The notes under the pieces are model-generated. The model was not told where the DNA came from. It saw nothing but the letters and a program-made list of their open reading frames with translations, and did not search any database. The position numbers and the translations under genes are program-made. Below, piece after piece: positions 38,871 through 52,934 of a DNA stretch of 64,000 bases (its first letter is position 1; each line of letters begins with the position of its first letter). The stretch is from assembly GCA_964016885.1 (NCBI GenBank), contig OZ024749.1:6014001-6078000 (forward strand), given 5' to 3'. The DNA comes from Eledone cirrhosa (taxonomy: Eukaryota).

Positions 38871-38914
38871 GTATATATATTATATATATATATATATATA
38901 AATATATATATATA

Positions 38915-39055
38915 TTGTTTCTACTTTAGGCACAAGGCCAGCAATTACCCAGTGCATTACTGGTACTTTATTTTATCGACCCCGTAAGGATGAAAGGCAA
39001 AGTCAACCTCGGCGGGATTTGAACTCAGATTGTAAAGGGACGTAACTATGCTGGT
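38915..39055 (-). mobile_element. Family B SINE, 5'-truncated
   Basis: Reverse complement of the central domain and tail. Confidence 0.85.
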
Positions 39056-39507
39056 TTATATATATAATATAAATTAATATATGATAAACATTTACATATT
39101 TTAGTTGCAATTGACTAATAAAATAGTTAGAATGAAATATCTTAATTCAAATACATATAGTTTGCCTGTACGATCTAAAAAATAATAAATCAATACTCAC
39201 AAACCCATATATATATGTATATGTATTTATATTATATATATAGATATTATATATATGTATATATATATTATATATATATATATATGTATATATATATAAT
39301 ATATATATGTATATGTATTTATATTATATATACATATATGTATACATATATATATTATATATATATATATGTATTTATATTATATATACATATATGTATA
39401 CATATATATATTATATATATATATATATATGTGTATATATATATATTATATATATGTATATATATATATATATTATATATATATGTATATATATATATAT
39501 ATATATA

Positions 39508-39860
39508 TCATCATCATCATCGTTTAATGTCTATATTCCATGCTAGCATGGGTTTAGGTTGGTCATCTCGCTCGTATAGGACTATCTGGCAGGTTTTCTA
39601 CGGCTGGATGCCCTTCCTAACACCAACCACGTTTACAGTGTGGACTGTGTGTTTTTTTGTTGTGACACCTACAAGAACTCATTTATTTAGGACTGGATGT
39701 TGTGGTACCAACATAACTTTACAGAGAAAGGGTGGTGTTGGTGGGGCTGGAGGAGTTGGGGTAGTGGGAGGGAGGGGGGTTGTATATTTGATTAAGAGGA
39801 TGCCTACTGATTGTAGGTTTCGCTTTGTACTTAGGCAAGACGGGTTTACTGTATTACTGC
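39508..39860 (-). mobile_element. RTE LINE 3' end
   Basis: Matches 30811-31200; lies in (TA)n. Confidence 0.85.
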
Positions 39861-39872
39861 GTATATATATAA

Positions 39873-39904
<32 letters not shown>

Positions 39905-39974
39905 ATATATATATATTTATGTATGTATAAATAAATAAATAAATATATATATAAATATATATATATGTATATGT

Positions 39975-40772
<798 letters not shown>

Positions 40773-41363
40773 ATCATCATTTAGTGTCCATTTTCTTTGT
40801 TAGCTTGGGCATGCTTCACACACACACATATGGATAGAGAATGTTGCTTCCAAAAGCATTTCTATGGCAATAGCTATCTTAAAATCTACACAGAGATTTG
40901 CATACATGATAGTCAGTATATATATATATACTCCCAGTAGAAATATAATGAATAATTTAATGAGTAGGGTAATCATGTTATGGAAAAACTTTTGGCCATC
41001 AAAGCAAACAGCCATTTATATAAGAATATCTGTCTTAATAATTCCCGGTATTAAGGAATCATGCATCCAAATACTGTTTGATATTTACTACAAGAGTTTC
41101 TGATATTAAGGAACTAGACATCCTGTTTCTCTTTGCTACATAATACAATAACATTGTATAAGAATCATGCATCTTGCTTACATTTGCTATTTACTACAAT
41201 ACCGTGTATTTATTTCCTTGCTCTGCTGACCAAAGTTTCTCCTCATCAGATGTTACAGTACCAGTAAATGGTACTGTATATTATGTGTGGGGGAAGTATA
41301 TCTAAGGCAGTGGGTAGGATAAGGAATGAAGTTTAGAGAATGATGGTAAGTGAAAAAGTGAAT

Positions 41364-42217
41364 AGAAATGGAATGAGATGGTTGGGTCATGTGTTGAGGA
41401 AGGATGGAAGAGAGTCGGGGTGAGGAATTGAGACAGTGATAGATGTTGTGTGGAGAAATGGAATGAGATGGTTGGGTCATGTGTTGATGAAGGATGGAAG
41501 AGATTTGGGGTGAAGAATTGAGACAGTGATAAATGTTGTGTGGAGAAATGGAATGAGATGGTTGGGTCATGTGTTGAGGAAGGATGGAAGAGAGTCGGGG
41601 TGAGGAATTGAGACAGTGATAGATGTTGTGTGGAGAAATGGAATGAGATGGTTGGGTCATGTGTTGAGGAAGGATGGAAGAGAGTCGGGGTGAGGAATTG
41701 AGACAGTGATAGATGTTGTGTGGAGAAATGGAATGAGATGGTTGGGTCATGTGTTGAGGAAGGATGGAAGAGAGTTGGGGTGAGGAATTGAGACAGTGAT
41801 AGATGTTGTGTGGAGAAATGGAATGAGATGGTTGGGTCATGTGTTGAGGAAGGATGGAAGAGAGTCGGGGTGAGGAATTGAGACAGTGATAAATGTTGTG
41901 TGGAGAAATGGAATGAGATGGTTGGGTCATGTGTTGAGGAAGGATGGAAGAGATTTGGGGTGAGGAATTGAGACAGTGATAGATGTTGTGTGGAGAAATG
42001 GAATGAGATGGTTGGGTCATGTGTTGAGGAAGGATGGAAGAGAGTCGGGGTGAGGAATTGAGACAGTGATAGATGTTGTGTGGAGAAATGGAATGAGATG
42101 GTTGGGTCATGTGTTGAGGAAGGATGGAAGAGATTTGGGGTGAGGAATTGAGACAGTGATAAATGTGTGGAGAAATGGAATGAGATGGTTGGGTCATGTG
42201 TTGAGGAAGGATGGAAG
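41364..42217 (+). repeat. 90-bp minisatellite (about 9.5 copies) derived from an RTE coding segment
   Basis: The unit translates as GIETVIDVVWRNGMRWLGHVLRKDG, the RTE RWxGHVxR motif. Confidence 0.88.
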
Positions 42218-42598
42218 TGACTGGGTGAGTGAGAAACACTTTATATCACATAATATCGAATCCATGAGATTTTGATATTATTTATTTTAAGAACAATACC
42301 TTAACATCAATATGAGCAGCTGGTTAAAGTCAGTCTGAACATAAAGAGGTAAGAGAATTCTGGCCGGATATGGCTGGTTTAAAGGGTTAAGAAATTCCTA
42401 AACAATTTTTTAGGAGACCAATATAATTGAAACACTTTTGCTGAGTATTTAATTGGAAATGTGATGACAAAAGTTTTAAGATTAGAATTTGAAATAAGTT
42501 CAAATGACAGTGCTCAAGGCTAAATTCCATAAGAAAATAGAAAAATTGCATATTTAAATTTCAAGAATTCTGCCTGTTTTGTTTGTGTGTTGTTGTTA

Positions 42599-42837
42599 TT
42601 AAACCCTCTAACATTTAAACTGGCCATATCTGGCCAGAATTCTCTCAACTCTTTCTGTTCAAACTAGCCATAACTGGCCACTGATACTGATGTTAAGGTA
42701 TTGTTCTCAAAATAAATAACATCGAAATCTCATAGATTCAATATTATGTGAGATATTTATGTGAGATAAAGCCTTTATCACAAAAATACAATAGTATATA
42801 TGACGTATATAGAGTAATATAAATGCTAAAGGGTTAA
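42599..42837. mobile_element. piggyBac-type MITE (a partial copy also lies at 42240-42390)
   Basis: Homologous to 57340-57568; ends taaatgctaaagggTTAA. Confidence 0.8.
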
Positions 42838-43216
42838 AAAGAAAAGGCAGTCAATTGACAGAGTTACTAAAGCACACAAATAAATGCCTTGGTATTTCTT
42901 ATGGTCTGCTGTACTCTAAGCTCAAATCATGCCAAGGTTAACTTTCCTTTTCATCATTTTGAGGTCAATAAATAAAATAGCAGACCAGAAGGAAGGGGAA
43001 GTGTATTTGATGGAGGTACCATGAAATGACCATCAGATATTGTACAGGTTTGGAATTTAATTTATATTTGAAATATTCCAGAAAAATACTGTGAAAAAAA
43101 CGGGAAATTATTCAAGTTTGAGATTGGAATTAAAAGTAAAACAAAAGAAAATATTTAAATTAAATGAATAAATAAATATACATCGCTTCCTTAAATTTCA
43201 AGGAATTTTATCTTTC

Positions 43217-43650
43217 TTGTTTGTTGTTACATTTGTTGCTGTTGCTGTTGTTGTTGTTGTTACATTTGTTGTTGTTGTTGTTGTTACATTTGTTGCTGCT
43301 GTTGTTGTTGTTAAAACATTTGTTGCTGCTGCTGTTGTTGCTGTTACTGTTGTTACGTTTGCTGTTGCTGTTGTTGTTGTTGATGTTGTTGCTGTTGTTG
43401 TTGTGCTATTTTTGTTTTTGTTGTAGTTATTGTTGCTTGTGTTGTTGTTATTGCCGTTGTTACTGTTAGTTTTAGTGTTTTTGTTATTGTTGTTGTTATT
43501 GTTGTGTGTGTTGTTATTGTTACTATTGTTGCTACTGTTGTTGTTGTTATTGTTACTGTTGTTGTTATTGTTACTATTCTGGCTACTGTTGTTGTTGTTG
43601 TTATTGTTACTATTGTTGTTGTTTTGTTTTGTTTTGTTGTTGTTGCTTTT
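43217..43650. repeat. Degenerate (GTT)n microsatellite
   Basis: Direct inspection. Confidence 0.9.
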
Positions 43651-43979
43651 TTGGTGATTTTTTCTTCTTATTGAAAACAAAAAAAATGGTGTGTGTGTAT
43701 GTGCGAGTGTGTGTGTGGGGCGTGGGGTGGGGGTAGGGGTGGTCTTAGTAAACTGGCAGTGATTAGAGGGTTGGAGTAAATACTTCCATATTTGTTCTGG
43801 TCCTCTGTGGCCATCATCATCATCATCATTCTTTAACGTGCATCTTCCACGCTAGCATGGGTTAGATGGTTGTGTTCCATTTGATGCGGGAATGGTTAGG
43901 AGACCGTGTCTCACTGATACGGAAGTGTCTCTGGCAGGTTTTCTATGGCTGGATGCCCTTCCTAACACCAACCACATTT

Positions 43980-46900
43980 ACTAGGAGCCTTTTTACCATG
44001 TCTCCTACACGACCACCTTACAGTGTGGACTTGGAGCCTTCTTACTGTGTCTCCCACATGACCACCTTACAGTGTGGGCTGGGAGCCTTTTTACTGTGTC
44101 TCCTACATGACCACCTTACAGTGTGGACTGGGAGCCTTTATACTGTGTCTCCTACATGACCACCATACAGTGTGGACTAGGAGCCTTTTTACCATGTCTC
44201 CTACACGACCACCTTACAGTGTGGACTTGGAGCCTTCTTACTGTGTCTCCCACATGACCACCTTACAGTGTGGGCTGGGAGCCTTTTTACTGTGTCTCCT
44301 ACATGACCACCTTACAGTGTGGACTGGGAGCCTTTTTACTGTGTCTCCTACATGACCACCATACAGTGTGGACTGGGAGCCTTCTTACTGTGTCTCCCAC
44401 ATGACCACCTTACAGTGTGGGCTGGGAGCCTTTTTACTGTGTCTCCTACATGACCACCATACAGGTGGACTGGGAGCCTTTATACTGTGTCTCCTACATG
44501 ACCACCTTACAGTGTGGACTGGGAGCCTTTTTACTGTGTCTCCTACATGACCACCTTACAGTGTGGACTAGGAGCCTTCTTACTGTGTCTCCTACATGAC
44601 CACCTTACAGTGTGGACTAGGAGCCTTCTTACTGTGTCTCCTACATGACCACCTTACAGTGTGGACTAGGAGCCTTCTTACTGTGTCTCCTACATGACCA
44701 CCATACAGTGTGGACTGGGAGCCTTTTTAACGTGTCTCCTAACGACCACCTTACAGTGTGGACTGGGAGCCTTTATACTGTGTCTCCTACATGACCACCT
44801 TACAGTGTGGACTGGGAGCCTTCTTACAGTGTGGACTGGGAGCCTTTTTACTGTGTCTCCTACATGACCACCTTACAGTGTAAACTGGGAGCCTGTTTAC
44901 TGTGTCTCCTACACAACCTCCTTACAGTGTGCACTGGGAGCCTTCTTACTGTGTCTCCTACATGACCACCTTACAGTGTGGACTAGGAGCCTTTTTACTG
45001 TGTCTCCTACATGACCACCATACAGTGTGGACTGGGAGCCTTTTTAACGTGTCTCCTACACGACCACCTTACAGTGTGGGCTGGGAGCCTTTATACTGTG
45101 TTTCCTACATGACCACCATACAGTGTGGACTGGGAGCCTTTATACTGTGTCTCCTACATGACCACCTTACAGTGTGGACTTGGAGCCTTCTTACTGTGTC
45201 TCCTACATGACCACCATACAGTGTGGACTGGGAGCCTTTTTAACGTGTCTCCTACACGACTACCTTACAGTGTGCACTGGGAGCCTTTATACTGTGTCTC
45301 CTACATGACCACCTTACAGTGTGGACTTGGAGCCTTTTTACTGTGTCTCCTACATGACCACCATACAGTGTGGACTGGGAGCCTTTTTAACGTGTCTCCT
45401 ACACGACTACCTTACAGTGTGCACTGGGAGCCTTTTTACTGTGTCTCCTACATGACCACTTTACAGTGTGGACTGGGAGCCTTCTTACTGTGTCTCCTAC
45501 ATGACCACCTTACAGTGTGGACTTGGAGCCTTCTTACTGTGTCTCCTACATGACCACCTTACAGTGTGGACTGGGAGCCTTTTTACTGTGTCTCCTACAT
45601 GACCTCCTTACAGTGTGGACTGGGAGCCTTCTTACTGTGTCTCCTACATGGCCACCTTACAGTGTGGACTGGGAGCCTTTTTACTGTGTCTCCTACATGA
45701 CCTCCTTACAGTGTGGACTGGGAGCCTTCTTACTGTGTCTCCTACATGACCTCCTTACAGTGTGGACTGGGAGCCTTCTTACTGTGTCTCCTACATGGCC
45801 ACCTTACAGTGTGGACTGGGAGCCTTCTTACTGTGTCTCCTACATGGCCACCTTACAGTGTGGACTGGGAGCCTTCTTACTGTGTCTCCTACATGGCCAC
45901 CTTACAGTGTGGACTGGGAGCCTTTTTACTGTGTCTCCTACACGACCACCATACAGTGTGGACTGGGAGCCTTTATACTGTGTCTCCTACATGACCACCT
46001 TACAGTGTGGACTTGGAGCCTTCTTACTGTGTCTCCTACATGACCACCTTACAGTGTGCACTGGGAGCCTTCTTACTGTGTCTCCTACATGACCACCATA
46101 CAGTGTGGATGGGAGCCTTCTTACTGTGTCTCCTACACGACCACCTTACAGTGTGGACTGGGAGCCTTCTTACTGTGTCTCCTACATGACCAACTTACAG
46201 TGTGGACTAGGAGCCTTGTTACTGTGTCTCCTACACGACCACCTTACAGTGTGGACTGGGAGCCTTCTTACTGTATCTCCTACATGACCAACTTACAGTG
46301 TGGACTAGGAGCCTTCTTACTGTGTCTCCTACATGACCACCTTACAGTGTGGACTGGGAGCCTTCTTACTGTATATCCTACACGACCACCTTACAGTGTG
46401 GACTGGGAGCCTTCTTACTGTGTCTCCTACATGACCACCTTACAGTGTAGACTGGGAGCCTTCTTACTTTGTCTCCTACATGACCACCTTACAGTGTAGA
46501 CTGGGAGCCTTCTTACTTTGTCTCCTACACGACGATCTTACAGTGTGGACTGGGAGCCTTTTTACTGTGTCTCCTACACGACCACCTTACAGTGTGGACT
46601 GGGAGCCTTCTTACTGTGTCTCCTACACGACCACCTTACAGTGTGGACTAGGAGCCTTCTTACTGTGTCTCCTACACGACCACCTTACAGTGTGCACTGG
46701 GAGCCTTCTTACTGTGTCTCCTACACGACCACCTTACAGTGTGGACTAGGAGCCTTCTTACTGTGTCTCCTACACGACCACCTTACAGTGTGGACTAGGA
46801 GCCTTCTTACTGTGTCTCCTACACGATCACCTTACAGTGTAGACTGAGAGCCTTTTTACTGTGTCTCCTACATGACCACTTTACAGTGTGGACTGGGAGC

Positions 46901-47531
46901 CTTCTTACTGTGTCTCCTACATGACCACCTTACAGTGTGGACTGAGAGCCTTTTTACTGTGTCTCCTACATGACCACCTTACAGTGTGGACTGGGAGCCT
47001 TCTTACTGTGTCTCCCACATGACCACCCTACAGTGTGGACTGGGAGCCTTTTTACTGTGTCTCCTACATGACCACCTTACAGTGTGGACTGGGAGCCTTC
47101 TTACTGTGTCTCCTACATGACCTCCTTACAGTGTAGACTGGGAACCTTCTTACTGTGTCTCCCACATGACCACCTTACAGTGTGGACTGGGAGCCTTTTT
47201 ACTGTGTCTCCTACATGACCTCCTTACAGTGTGGACTGGGAGCCTTCTTACTGTGTCTCCCACATGACCACCTTACAGTGTAGACTGGGAGCCTTTTTAC
47301 TGTGTCTCCTACATGACCTCCTTACAGTGTGGACTGGGAGCCTTCTTACTGTGTCTCCTACATGACCTCCTTACAGTGTGGACTGGGAACCTTCTTACTG
47401 TGTCTCCTACATGACCTCCTTACAGTGTGGACTGGGAGCTTTCTTACTGTGTCTCCCACATGACCACCTTACAGTGTGGACTGGGAGCCTTCTTACTGTG
47501 TCTCCTACATGACCACCTTACAGTGTGGACT
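43980..47531 (-). repeat. 49-bp satellite (about 72 copies) expanded inside an RTE-3'UTR-type element whose tail is at 43812-43980
   Basis: Unit gactgggagccttcttactgtgtctcctacatgaccaccttacagtgtg; preceded by catcatcat..ccacgctagcatgggtt..ggatgcccttcctaacaccaacc. Confidence 0.92.
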
Positions 47532-47654
47532 GTTGTGTCAACGACACAGTGGATGGACCATAAAAGGGAGCATGGGTTAGGGTGTAGTTATTGATCTGAG
47601 GGTCAATAGACATAGAACCAGTCCAATGGAGAGGATTGGTAGGAGAGCCACAAA

Positions 47655-47826
47655 ATAATTGCTTCTACTTTTGGCACAAGGCCAGCAAGTACCCAATGCA
47701 TTACTGGTACTTTATTTTATCGACCCCGTAAGGATGAAAGGCAAAGTTGACCTCGGAAGGATTTGAACTCAGAATGGCAAGGGCCGTAACTCTATGTGTC
47801 AAAGCATGGAGTCCGACCCTCTACCA
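47655..47826 (-). mobile_element. Family B SINE
   Basis: Reverse complement of the 4207-4395 copy. Confidence 0.85.
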
Positions 47827-47844
47827 AATAATACTGAATAGGGT

Positions 47845-48517
47845 CTACATGTTAAGTGGTTGTGTTTGTCTACTTATGTGTTTGTGTCTGTACATATGTG
47901 TGAGTGTGTGTGTGTGTTTGTGTACATGTGCATATGTGTGTGTGTGTGTGCTTGCATGTGTGTGTGTGTATGTATGTGTACATGTCAGTGCATGTGCTTG
48001 TTTGTGTACATGTGGGTGTGCGTATGTACATGTGTCTGTGTTTATGTGTGTGTGTTTATGTGTGAGTGTGTGTGTGTATACATGTGCGTTTATGTGTGAG
48101 TGTGTGTGTGTACATGTGTATGTGTACATGTATGTGTATGTGTGTGTATACATGTATGTGTGTGTGTACATTAATGTATGTGGGTATACATGTATGTGTG
48201 AGTGTGCATGTGTGTGTGTGTACATGTGTGTGTGTGTACATGTGTGTGTGTGTATACATGTATGTGTATGTGTGTATGTGTACATGTGTGTGTGTATGTG
48301 TATGTGTGTGTATACATGTATGTGTGAGTGTGCATGTGTATGTGTACATGTGTGTGTGTACATGTATGTGTATGTGTGTGTATAGATGTATGTGTGAGTG
48401 TGTATGTGTGTATACATGTGCGTGTGTGTACATGTATGTGTGAGTGTGTGATTGTGTGTGTACATGTATGTGTGTGTGTGTGTGTGTGTGTATACATGTA
48501 AGTGTGAGTGTGTGTGT
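47845..48517. repeat. Compound (TG)/(TACA) microsatellite
   Basis: Direct inspection. Confidence 0.9.
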
Positions 48518-48921
48518 TCAAATTGAATATAAATTTGAAATAATCCAGAATGATTCAGGAAAATGAATGGAAATTATTCATGTTTGAATTTGGAATTAAA
48601 AATAAATAAAATTACTTTTAAATAAAAAAAAAATACACACAATAAAAATATAAATATACATTAGTTCCTTAAATTTCATGTAATTCTGTCTGAATTGTTT
48701 CTTGTTGATGTTCTTGTTGTTGTGTTATTGTTGTTTGTTGTTATTGTTGCTGTTATTTATATCCAGAGCAACCTAAATAAAGAAGACCTAGGAATAAAGG
48801 TTTTCTCAGCCATGACTGTCACCTCGTCTTCCAGCTAAGACATAACATTGTTTTTATTTAGATAAAAGTCAGCTCAAAATCAAGTAGAGAGCAAATGTAT
48901 TCCAGTCACACCCACAATGTT

Positions 48922-49715
48922 GTTTTTAAAAGAATGGTGGTGGTGTTTTCCATAGTTTTAAAAGAATGGTGGTGGTGTTTTACATAGTTTTAAAAGAATG
49001 GTGGTGGTGTTTTACATAGTTTTAAAAGAATGGTGGTGGTGTTTTACATAGTTTTAAAAGAATGGTGGTGGTGTTTTACATAGTTTTAAAAGAATGGTGG
49101 TGGTGTTTTACATAGTTTTAAAAGAATGGTGGTGGTGTTTTACATAGTTTTAAAAGAATGGTGGTGGTGTTTTACAGTTTTAAAAGAATGGTGGTGGTGT
49201 TTTACAGTTTTAAAAGAATGGTGGTGGTGTTTTACAGTTTTAAAAGAATGGTGGTGGTGTTTTACACAGTTTTAAAAGAATTCTGTTGGTGTTTTACACA
49301 GTTTTAAAAGAATGCTGTTGGTGTTTTACACAGTTTTAAAAGAATGGTGTTGGGGTTTAACAGTTTTTCAAGCATGGTAGTGGTGTTATACACAGTTTTA
49401 CAAGAAAGGTGGTGGCATTATACACAGTTTTTGAAGCATGGTAGTGGTATTATACACATTTTTTTCCAGTATGGTAGTGATGTTATACACAGTTTTTGAA
49501 GCATGGTGGTGGTGTTTTACAGTTTTTTAAACATAGTGGTGATGTTTTACACAGTTTTATAAGAATGGTGGTGGTCTTATACACAGTTTTTGGAGCATGG
49601 TATTGGTATTATACACAGTTTTTCAAACATGGTGGCGGTGATTTTCACAGTTTTTCAAGCACGGTGGTGGTATTATACACAGTTTTAAGTGAATGATGGT
49701 AGTGTTATACATAAA
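48922..49715. repeat. 30-32-bp minisatellite aaaagaatggtggtggtgttttacatagtttt
   Basis: Period 32 at the left end; diverges progressively rightwards. Confidence 0.9.
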
Positions 49716-49847
49716 GAAAAGATTACCTCACTGTTGCCATGTAATGTCAGAATATAATAGTAAGGGTTAATGTAATTGTTGTGGTGATGATGATGATGGT
49801 ATTGTTGTTGTTGGTAGTGATGATGATGGCAGTGGTGGTGATGATAC

Positions 49848-51420
49848 CTGTGTGTGCATGTGTGTACATGTGTATGCATGTGTATGCATGTGTACACGTG
49901 TATGTGAGTGTGTGAGTGTGTATGTGTGTGTGTATAAGTATGTGCATGTGTGTACATGGGAGTGTGTGTTTGTGTACATCTGAGGGTGTGTGTATATGTA
50001 TGTGCATGTGTATATGTGTGCGTGTATGATGACACATGTATGTGAGTGTACATATGTGGGTGTGTGTTTATATGTGTGTGTGTGTTCTATTTGTGTGTGT
50101 ATACATGTGTGTGTGTGTGAGAGTACATGTGAGAGAGTGCATGTGTGTATACATGTGTGTGTGTGTGAGTGTACATGTGAGAGAGTGCATGTGTGTATAC
50201 ATGTGTGTGTGTGTGAGTGTAAACATGTGAGATAGTGCATGTGTGTATACATGTGTGTCGGTGTGAGTGTATACATATGAGAGAATGCATGTATGTATAC
50301 ATGTGTGTGTGTGAGAGTGCATGTATGTATACATGCGTGTGTGAGTGTAAATATGTGAGAGAGTGCATGTATGTATATATGTGTGTGTGCGTGAGTGTAT
50401 ACATGTGAGAGAGTGCATGTATGTATACATGTGTGTCAGTGTACATGTGAGAGAGTGCATGTGTGTATACATGTGTGTGAGAGTGCATGTGTGTATACAT
50501 GTGTGTGTGAGTGTATACATGTGAGCGAGTGCATGTGTGTATACATGTGTGTGTGTGTGTGTGTGAGTGTACATGGGACAGAGTGCATGTGTGTATACAT
50601 TGTATACATGTGTGTGTGTGAGTGTATACATGTGAGAGAGTGCATGTATGTATACATGTGTGTGTGAGAGTGTACACGTGAGAGAGTGCATGTATGTATA
50701 CATGTGTGTGTATGAGTGTATACATGTGAGAGAGTGCATGTGTGTATACATGTGTGTGTGTGAGTGTATACATGTGAGAGAGTGCGTGTACGTATACATG
50801 TGTGTGTGTGTGTGTACATGTGAGATAGTGCATTTGTGTATACATTGTATACATGTGTGTGTGTGAGTGTATACATGTGCGAGAGTGTGTATGTATACAT
50901 GTCTGTGTGTGTGAGTGTATACATGTCAGAGAGTGCATGTATGTATACATTTTATACATGTGTGGGTGTGTGAGTGTACATGTGAGAGAGTGCACGTGTG
51001 TATACATGTGTGTGTGTGTGTGAGTGTATACATGTGAGAGAGTGCACATATGTATACATGTGTGTGTGTGTGTGTGAGTGTACATGTGAGAGAGTGCACA
51101 TGTGTATACATGTGTGTGAGTGTACATGTGAGAGAGTGCATGTGTGTATACATTGTATACATGTGTGTGTGTGTGCGAGTGTATACATGTGAGAGAGTGC
51201 ATGTATGTATACATGTGTGTGTGTGTGCGAGTGTATACATGTGAGAGAGTGCATGTATGTATACATGTGTGTGTGTGTGTGTGCGAGTGTATACATGTGA
51301 GAGAGTGCATGTATGTATACATGTGTGTGTGTGTGCGAGTGTATACATGTGAGAGAGTGCATGTATGTATACATGTGTGTGTGTGTGAGTGAATACATGT
51401 GAGAGAGTGCATGTGTGTAG
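49848..51420. repeat. Higher-order TG-rich minisatellite (about 45-55-bp unit gtatacatgtgagagagtgcatgt(a/g)tgtatacat(gt)n)
   Basis: Direct inspection. Confidence 0.9.
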
Positions 51421-51976
51421 ATGTATATGTGGGACCTAAGACAATGAGTGTGATGACAAGCCATTCACAAATGATTGACTGTAGACAACCTCAATATATT
51501 TCTCTCTTTCAGGAGAGTTCTATGGAATGTAATTGTTTCTCTTTTACAATTATTTTCATTTCTTTAAAGATATTTATTTTATTCTTTTAGAGTTTCTTTC
51601 TCTTTTAATTGTTTAAATCAATGAAATATTTTAACTTCTGAAAAAAAGAAAAAAACTAATAGACAAAATTAAATGTATAAATAAAACAGCAATGTTTTTC
51701 CATTTTATATATATCATCATCATCATCATCATCGTTTAACGTCCATCTTCCACGCGAGCATGAGTTAGATGGGAGTAGTGAAGTGTCAAATCAACATAAA
51801 CTGTTGAGTGCTACTTATCCGATATTTGCATTGCTTTATTGTGCTACAATAAAACTCACCTCCTACATTATATATGTGTATATATATATATATATATACG
51901 TATCATCATCATCATCATCGATTAACATCCATCTTTCACGCTTGTATGGGTTTGGACATATATGTGTATCTATCTA

Positions 51977-52036
<60 letters not shown>

Positions 52037-52550
52037 CGTCCATGTAGCTATGTGTCTGTGTATCTTCACGTGTTACATTTGAGAATCTATGCTTTTTTTT
52101 TGCGTGTGCAAGTTTGTTTGTTTGCTTGTTTTTGTCCAAGCTCATGTTGTAGTTACAACTGTTAATGTTGTTGTTGTAGTTACAACTGTTAATGTTGTAT
52201 TTTTTTGTCAATTCTCTACGTTTCATTAGCTACTTTTTCTCTCTTGTTGTTGTTGTTGTAGTTGTTGTTGTTGTCTTCAAATCAGACAAGTTTCAAGCTG
52301 CTAGGTCTTTCAGTTAAGCGGGTTCAATCTGAAAACGTTGGTCTCTGTTGAACATCGAGATGTCATTGGCTCAGTCGGGAATAGAAGAGAACAATTATCT
52401 TGAAATTGATCAGACATACTTTCTGTCATCTCACTTCTCTTCACAATGTTGGATAGAAAGAAGGAGAGCAACGATCACAGGCTACTAGATATTGTTTACA
52501 CATGTGTGTGTGTATTTATATATGTATATATATTTATATATATATATGTG

Positions 52551-52581
<31 letters not shown>

Positions 52582-52700
52582 GTATATATATATATATGTA
52601 TATATATAGTAATAATAATAAATTTGAAGACTAAAATCCAAAGAGGGCTCGATAAGGATAAATATATAAATATATATCAAATATATAAGAACCGTAGAGC

Positions 52701-52824
<124 letters not shown>

Positions 52825-52934
52825 ATGTATATATATATGTATATATATATATATGTGTGTGTGTTTATGTATATATGTATCAATGTAAAGGAAGTTTAGG
52901 AAACTGCTTCTTCTGTTAAAGAAAAAAAAAAGGT

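Noticed and set aside
43866-47531. Cys-rich repeat ORFs or a CRISPR-like array (also 1285-1760, 4545-5980, 41364-42217, 60021-60600)
   Set aside because: Contiguous tandem units with no unique spacers, no cas genes, eukaryotic context; most units trace to transposon segments.
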